DNA of 64,000 bases from Eubacteriales bacterium (lineage in GTDB: Bacteria; Bacillota; Clostridia; Oscillospirales; CAG-272): positions 103,487-167,486 of the forward strand of contig JBJDZH010000005.1 in the NCBI GenBank assembly GCA_051867895.1. Reading direction: 5' to 3'. The notes under the pieces were generated by a model, which saw only the letters and a program-made list of their open reading frames with translations, did not search any database and was not told where the DNA came from. Below, one piece after another: positions 59,145 to 64,000 of this stretch. Within the stretch, counting starts at the first letter, position 1. Each line of letters begins with the position of its first letter. The translations under genes and the position numbers were made by a program.

Positions 59145-60395
59145 ATGATACTTGAAAACATGGCGGGCATCTCCGACGGGGAGCTGCGTTCTGCGCTCGC
59201 CGGGGTGCTCGCGGGCAGAAAGCTCTCCCGGGTGCTGATCCTGCCGCCGGATTTCACGCGCATGTATTCCTGCGCCGGTAAGATCACCGCGATTCTGTAC
59301 GAGCTGCTCAGCGGCAGCTGCGAGGTGGACATCATGCCCGCCCTCGGCACGCATGCGCCGATGACGGAGGCGGAATGGACTGCGTTCTTCGGTGCGGGCG
59401 TGCCGTTTTCCAAAATGATCGTACACAACTGGCGCACGGACGTTGTCAAGCTGGGCGAGGTGCCGGCGTCCTTTGTGAGCGAGGTATCCGAGGGGCTGGT
59501 GCGGGATAAGATCGACGTTGAGGTGAACCGCCGGCTGCTTTCTCCCTCCTATGATCTGATCCTGTCCGTCGGGCAGGTCGTGCCGCACGAGGTCGTGGGC
59601 ATGGCGAACTACTCGAAGAACATTTTTGTCGGCTGCGGCGGTTCCTCCATGATAAACGCCTCGCACATGCTGGGCGCGTTCTATGGCATGGAGCGCGTGA
59701 TGGGACGGGATCACTCGCCGGTGCGGCGCGTGTTTGACTACGCGGAGGAGCATTTCCTCGGAAATATCCCGCTTGTTTATCTTCTGACGGTAACGACGAA
59801 CCAGGGGGATGAGACGACGCTGCACGGGCTGTACGCGGGACGTGAGCGCTCGAATTTCGAGGCTGCGGTGCGGCTCAGCCAGAAGCTCAATCTGACGCAC
59901 ATGGCGCGGCGGCTCAACAAGGTTGTGGTCTATCTGGATCCGCGTGAATTCAAGAGCACGTGGCTGGGCAACAAGGCGATCTACCGCACGCGGATGGCGA
60001 TCGCGGACGGCGGTGAGCTGCTGGTGCTTGCGCCGGCGGTCGCGCGCTTCGGCGAGGACGCCGAGAACGACCGTCTGATCCGGAAGTACGGATACGTGGG
60101 GCGGGAGCGGGTGCTCTCGCTGGTGGAGGAGAGTGAGGAACTGCGGGCGAATCTGTCCGTGGCGGCGCATCTGATCCATGGCTCTTCGGACGGACGCTTT
60201 ACCATCACCTATGCGACGGAGAAGCTGACGGAGGCGGAGGTGCGCGGCGCTGGCTTCGGCTACATGCCCTACGACGAGGCGGCGGCGAAGTACGATCCGG
60301 CGAAGCTGAAGGACGGCTTCAACACCGTGGACGGGGAGGAGATCTTCTATATTTCCAATCCGGCGCTCGGACTCTGGGTGTGTGACGGCGAGTGA
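59145..60395 (+). CDS. LarA-like (lactate racemase N-terminal / DUF2088) domain protein
   Basis: 416 aa. LILPPDFTRMYS and MPALGTHAPM resemble the LarA-family D-x-TR and GTH motifs. AAAGGAG SD. The family call is from motif memory only. Confidence 0.55.
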   Translation: MILENMAGISDGELRSALAGVLAGRKLSRVLILPPDFTRMYSCAGKITAILYELLSGSCEVDIMPALGTHAPMTEAEWTAFFGAGVPFSKMIVHNWRTDVVKLGEVPASFVSEVSEGLVRDKIDVEVNRRLLSPSYDLILSVGQVVPHEVVGMANYSKNIFVGCGGSSMINASHMLGAFYGMERVMGRDHSPVRRVFDYAEEHFLGNIPLVYLLTVTTNQGDETTLHGLYAGRERSNFEAAVRLSQKLNLTHMARRLNKVVVYLDPREFKSTWLGNKAIYRTRMAIADGGELLVLAPAVARFGEDAENDRLIRKYGYVGRERVLSLVEESEELRANLSVAAHLIHGSSDGRFTITYATEKLTEAEVRGAGFGYMPYDEAAAKYDPAKLKDGFNTVDGEEIFYISNPALGLWVCDGE

Positions 60396-60399
60396 CGAG

Positions 60400-60865
60400 A
60401 CGGGGGACGGATACAAAGGGACGGATACAAAGGGCGGGGAACGCCGTGGGGGAACCTTTTGAATAAGACTCCCGCGAGGTTGCGCTTTGCGCAACCTCGC
60501 CGACTTGCGCGGAGCGCAATGTCGCCCACACCCCCTTAAACTTTCGGACTTTGACACGGTCTAAGCATAGTTAACTCTGACCGCTATCTCTCCGGATTCC
60601 GTGCAGCGCGGCAGAGTGCAGCCGGAATCGTCAGAATTCACTCTGCCCGCCCCGCCCGAAAAACACGTTCGCGCACGCGCTCCTTGTGTTTTTGATGGAG
60701 AACGCAAAACGTCATGCTTCTTCTTTCCCTCAGCCAAGGAGAGAGGGATGCGGGGGAGAGGAACTTCGGCGTCTGAGATGGTCCTCCCCCCCGCAATCGT
60801 GAGGCGGATGAGATGCTCCCCACACCCCCGCGCCACGAGACGGGTGAGACCCCCGCGATAAGGGT
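60400..60865 (+). repeat. Mosaic repeat cluster 14: Z-A-Q-B, then a forward core
   Basis: 14-bp units gggacggatacaaag x2 at 60404-60432. A-type hairpin at ~60447-60475. Q (gcgaggttgcgctttgcgcaacctcgc, then cgacttgcgcggagcgcaatgtcg) at ~60474-60523. H1 at 60750-60794. Tail to ~60865. Confidence 0.9.
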
Positions 60866-60961
60866 CCCTTTGATCCTAAGCAAACGCGTTTACGCTATGT
60901 TCGCTCAAACACCCCTCCCCATTTCCTTCCCACCTCCAGCACAAGAACGAAAGGAAACTAC

Positions 60962-61822
60962 ATGAAATACATCGATCTCCATACCCACTCCCTGAAGAGC
61001 GACGGCTCGCTCACCCCTGCCGGGGTGGTTTGCGCCGCGAAGGACGCAGGTCTGGCTGCCATCGCCCTCTCCGACCACGATTCCGTCGACGGCGTTGAGG
61101 AAGCCGTCGAGGAAGGACGCCGCCTCGGCGTCGAGGTTATCCCCGCCGTCGAGCTGTCCGCCCAGTCGGACACCGAGCTGCACATCCTCGGCTATTTCAT
61201 CGATATCCACAACAAGACGCTGCGCGAAAAGCTCGCCTACGCCCTGCAGGTGCGGGACGAGCGCGAGGAGGAAACCTGCGAAAAGCTGCGCGAGCTTGGC
61301 TTCGACATCACGATGGACGAGGTCCGCGCCGAGGCAAACGGCAATCCCGTCCTCTGCCGCGCGCATTTCGCCAAGATCATGGTGCGCAAGGGCTACGCCG
61401 AATCGGTGAAGGACGCCTTCGCGCGCTACCTTTCCAGCGGCTGCTACGCCTACTCCAACCGGCAGGCGCTGACCGGTCCGGAGGCGGTCTCCCTTATCCG
61501 CGAGGCGGGCGGCATTCCTGTCGCCGCGCATCTGCACCTCATCCGCCTGCCGGACGGTGAGCTGCGGGAATTCCTTTCGTCGCTGATCCCGTACGGTCTC
61601 GGCGGCGTGGAGGGCTACTACACCGATTACACCCCCGATATGCAGCTGCGCTATCAGCGGATGGCGGCTGAACTGGGACTGACGATCTCCGGCGGCACCG
61701 ACTTCCACGGCGCGAATAAGCCTCACATCACTATCGGTCGTGGGCTGGGGGAACTGCGCATTCCCTATACCGTCCTCGACGGGCTGCGCGAAAAGCACGC
61801 CGCGATGGGGAAAAACTTTTGA
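60962..61822 (+). CDS. PHP-domain phosphoesterase (TrpH/YciV-like)
   Basis: 286 aa. N-terminal IDLHTHSLKSDGS and SDHDSVDG metal motifs. The last 5 codons and the stop lie in an A-type hairpin. Confidence 0.85.
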   Translation: MKYIDLHTHSLKSDGSLTPAGVVCAAKDAGLAAIALSDHDSVDGVEEAVEEGRRLGVEVIPAVELSAQSDTELHILGYFIDIHNKTLREKLAYALQVRDEREEETCEKLRELGFDITMDEVRAEANGNPVLCRAHFAKIMVRKGYAESVKDAFARYLSSGCYAYSNRQALTGPEAVSLIREAGGIPVAAHLHLIRLPDGELREFLSSLIPYGLGGVEGYYTDYTPDMQLRYQRMAAELGLTISGGTDFHGANKPHITIGRGLGELRIPYTVLDGLREKHAAMGKNF

Positions 61823-61870
61823 AAAGGGTTTCTCCATCCCCCTTTCAAAAACGTTTGAAATCGGGGAAAG
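61806..61870. repeat. Solo A-B repeat module overlapping the PHP gene's 3' end
   Basis: ggggaaaaacttttgaaaagggtttctcc, followed by the palindrome tttcaaaaacgtttgaaa. Confidence 0.75.
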
Positions 61871-61938
61871 CCGGCTGCGTCCGGCGCGCAGGAAAACACA
61901 GAGAAAAATTATAATTACATAAAAGGAGCACTCCCATT

Positions 61939-63402
61939 ATGAAAAAAGCTGACATCGGTCTGATCGGTCTTGCGGTCATGGGCGAGAACCTCGTTCTCAA
62001 CATGGAGTCCAAGGGCTTCACCGTTGCGGTATTCAACCGCACCACGGAAAAGGTGACGAATTTCGTCTCCGGCCGCGGCGCAGGCAAAAACATTATCGGA
62101 ACGTACTCGCTTGCGGAACTGGTCGAAGCGGTGGAGAAGCCGCGCAAGATCATGATGATGATTAAGGCGGGCGACGCGGTCGACGCCATGATCGACGCGC
62201 TGCTGCCGCTGCTGGACGACGGCGATATCCTGATCGACGGCGGCAACTCGCATTTCCCGGACACCGCGCGCCGCACGGCGTATGTGGAATCGAAGGGCAA
62301 ACTGTACATCGGTACCGGCGTATCCGGCGGCGAGGAGGGCGCTCTGAACGGTCCGTCCCTGATGCCCGGCGGTTCGCCCGCCGCATGGCCGCATGTGAAG
62401 AATATTCTCCAGTCCATCTGTGCGAAGGTGGAGGACGGTTCGCCCTGCTGCGACTGGGTCGGTGAGAACGGCGCGGGGCATTTTGTGAAGATGGTACACA
62501 ACGGCATCGAGTACGGCGATATGCAGCTGATCTGCGAGGCGTACCATCTGATGAAGAATCTGCTGGGAATGTCGGACGACGAGATGCACGAGGTATTCGC
62601 CGAGTGGATGAAGGGGGATCTGAACAGCTATCTGGTAGAGATCACGCGGGACATTCTGGCGTACAAGGACACGGACGGCGAGCCGATCGTGGAGAAGATT
62701 CTGGACACGGCGGGGCAGAAGGGCACCGGCAAATGGACGGGTATTGCGGCGCTGGACGAGGGCGTGCCGCTGACGCTGATCGGCGAAGCGGTGTTCGCGC
62801 GCTGCCTGTCGGCGATGAAGGAGGAGCGCGTTGCGGCGTCGAAGGTGCTGCCGGGCGAAGCGGAGGCTGCTCCCGCGCTGACGGCGGAGGAGAAGGCAGA
62901 ATGGATCGAGAACATCCGCTGCGCGCTGCTGGCGTCGAAGATCGTTTCCTACGCGCAGGGCTACACGCTGATGCGTGCGGCTGCGAAGACCTACGGCTGG
63001 AATCTGAACTACGGCGGCATTGCGCTGATGTGGCGCGGCGGCTGCATCATCCGTTCCGTATTCCTGGGCAAGATCAAGGACGCTTTCGACAAGAATCCCG
63101 AGCTGACCAACCTGCTTCTCGATCCGTATTTCACCGAGAAGATCGCGTCTCTTCTGCCCGGATGGCGGAAGGTCGTAGCACAGGCGGCGCTGTCCGGCAT
63201 GCCTGTTCCCGCGTTCTCCTCGGCGCTGTCGTACTATGACGGCTATCGCTGCGAGCGGCTCCCCGCGAATCTGCTGCAGGCGCAGCGCGACTATTTCGGC
63301 GCGCACACCTATGAGAGAGTGGACGCCGAGCGCGGCAAGTTCTTCCACACGAACTGGACGGGACACGGCGGAGACACGGCGGCAAGCCAGTACATAGTCT
63401 GA
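61939..63402 (+). CDS. gnd: 6-phosphogluconate dehydrogenase, decarboxylating (NADP+)
   Basis: 487 aa. IGLIGLAVMGENLVLN Rossmann motif. Conserved GAGHFVKMVHNGIEYGDMQLI and YFGAHTYER. Confidence 0.95.
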   Translation: MKKADIGLIGLAVMGENLVLNMESKGFTVAVFNRTTEKVTNFVSGRGAGKNIIGTYSLAELVEAVEKPRKIMMMIKAGDAVDAMIDALLPLLDDGDILIDGGNSHFPDTARRTAYVESKGKLYIGTGVSGGEEGALNGPSLMPGGSPAAWPHVKNILQSICAKVEDGSPCCDWVGENGAGHFVKMVHNGIEYGDMQLICEAYHLMKNLLGMSDDEMHEVFAEWMKGDLNSYLVEITRDILAYKDTDGEPIVEKILDTAGQKGTGKWTGIAALDEGVPLTLIGEAVFARCLSAMKEERVAASKVLPGEAEAAPALTAEEKAEWIENIRCALLASKIVSYAQGYTLMRAAAKTYGWNLNYGGIALMWRGGCIIRSVFLGKIKDAFDKNPELTNLLLDPYFTEKIASLLPGWRKVVAQAALSGMPVPAFSSALSYYDGYRCERLPANLLQAQRDYFGAHTYERVDAERGKFFHTNWTGHGGDTAASQYIV

Positions 63403-64000
63403 AAAAGACGCGGACGCAGGGGGTGAGCGCGCAGGGGAACGATGTGGGGAAGCCTTTTGAAAAAGGCTCCCCCACGCCCCCCGCGAAAACTTTCAACCTG
63501 AATTCCCGCCAAAGCACAGCAAAACCTGCTTGCCATTCCTCCGGATGCCGTGCAGCGCGGCAGAGTGGAGCGAAAATCGTTAGAATTCACTCTGCCCGCT
63601 CCACCCGAAAAACACGTTCGCGCACGCGCTCCTTGTGTTTTTTGAAGGAGGAAAGCGAAGCACCGTGTCCCTTTTCCCCTCGAAGCCAAGGAGAGAGGGG
63701 TGCGGGGGAGAGGAACTTCGGCGTCTGAGATGGTCCTCTCCCCCGCAACGCGAGGCGGACGAGATGAAGACACGGACGCAGGGTGAGCGCGCAGGGGGAA
63801 CGATGTGGAGAAGCCTTTTTCAAAAGGCTCCTGCGAGGTTGCGCTAAGCGCAACCTCGCCGACTTGCGCGGAGCGCAATGTCGCCCACACCCCCTTAAAC
63901 TTTCGGACTTGAATCTCCGCCAAAGCACAGCAAAACCTGCTTGCCATTCCTCCGGATGCCGTAAAGCGGACCGAAGTGCAGCCACACCACCCCCGGTCTC
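63403..64000 (+). repeat. Mosaic repeat cluster 15: a full forward core, then the start of a second copy (Z-A-Q-B-C...) running off the window
   Basis: Hairpin A at 63444-63475. H1 at 63702-63746. Second A at ~63811-63840 and Q at ~63832-63885. Confidence 0.9.

Noticed and set aside
1770-64000. Integron attC sites or gene cassettes as an explanation for hairpins after many genes
   Set aside because: The flanked genes are core housekeeping genes (dnaA, gyrA, rnr, gnd, secG) in both orientations. No intI is present, and no R''/R' GTTRRRY-type core sites were seen.

Overview
This window is the replication-origin region of a GC-rich, Firmicutes/Clostridia-type chromosome; the taxon is inferred from gene content and order only. 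On the + strand, rpmH-rnpA-yidD-yidC-khpB(jag) diverges from dnaA-[oriC]-dnaN-remB-gyrB-(2 inserted genes)-gyrA-ROK kinase on the - strand. A DnaA-box cluster and an AT-rich unwinding element lie at 30468-30948.

The flanks carry housekeeping and metabolic genes:
- PFOR (truncated at the left edge), trxA and birA
- an acyl-CoA ligase plus an iorA-iorB-paaK-ACT arylacetate operon
- RNase R, secG, rlmH and nifS
- a radical-SAM gene with two tandem S8 peptidase genes
- gnd, plus several regulators and secreted proteins

I support 45 CDS. I saw no tRNA, rRNA, CRISPR array, transposase or phage gene.

The most unusual signal is non-coding. Almost every intergenic region is filled with a mosaic family of palindromic repeat modules, about 8 kb or roughly 13% of the window by hand mapping.
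- A ~330-380 bp composite core occurs at least 15 times in full, plus 2 truncated copies.
- It contains a 45-bp hairpin that is almost invariant in all 17 copies.
- A second hairpin changes stem sequence between copies but keeps its pairing.
- A terminator-like hairpin module and a variable number of 33-35 bp tail units complete the set.
- The cores are almost always oriented in the sense of the upstream gene.
- Repeat hairpins donate the stop codon and last residues of three genes.
- One core sits between dnaA and the oriC DnaA boxes.

I do not recognise this family as any named repeat (REP/BIME, ERIC, BOX, RUP or Correia are only architectural analogies). Many long ORFs in the supplied track are antisense shadows typical of high-GC DNA, or lie inside the repeats, and are rejected.
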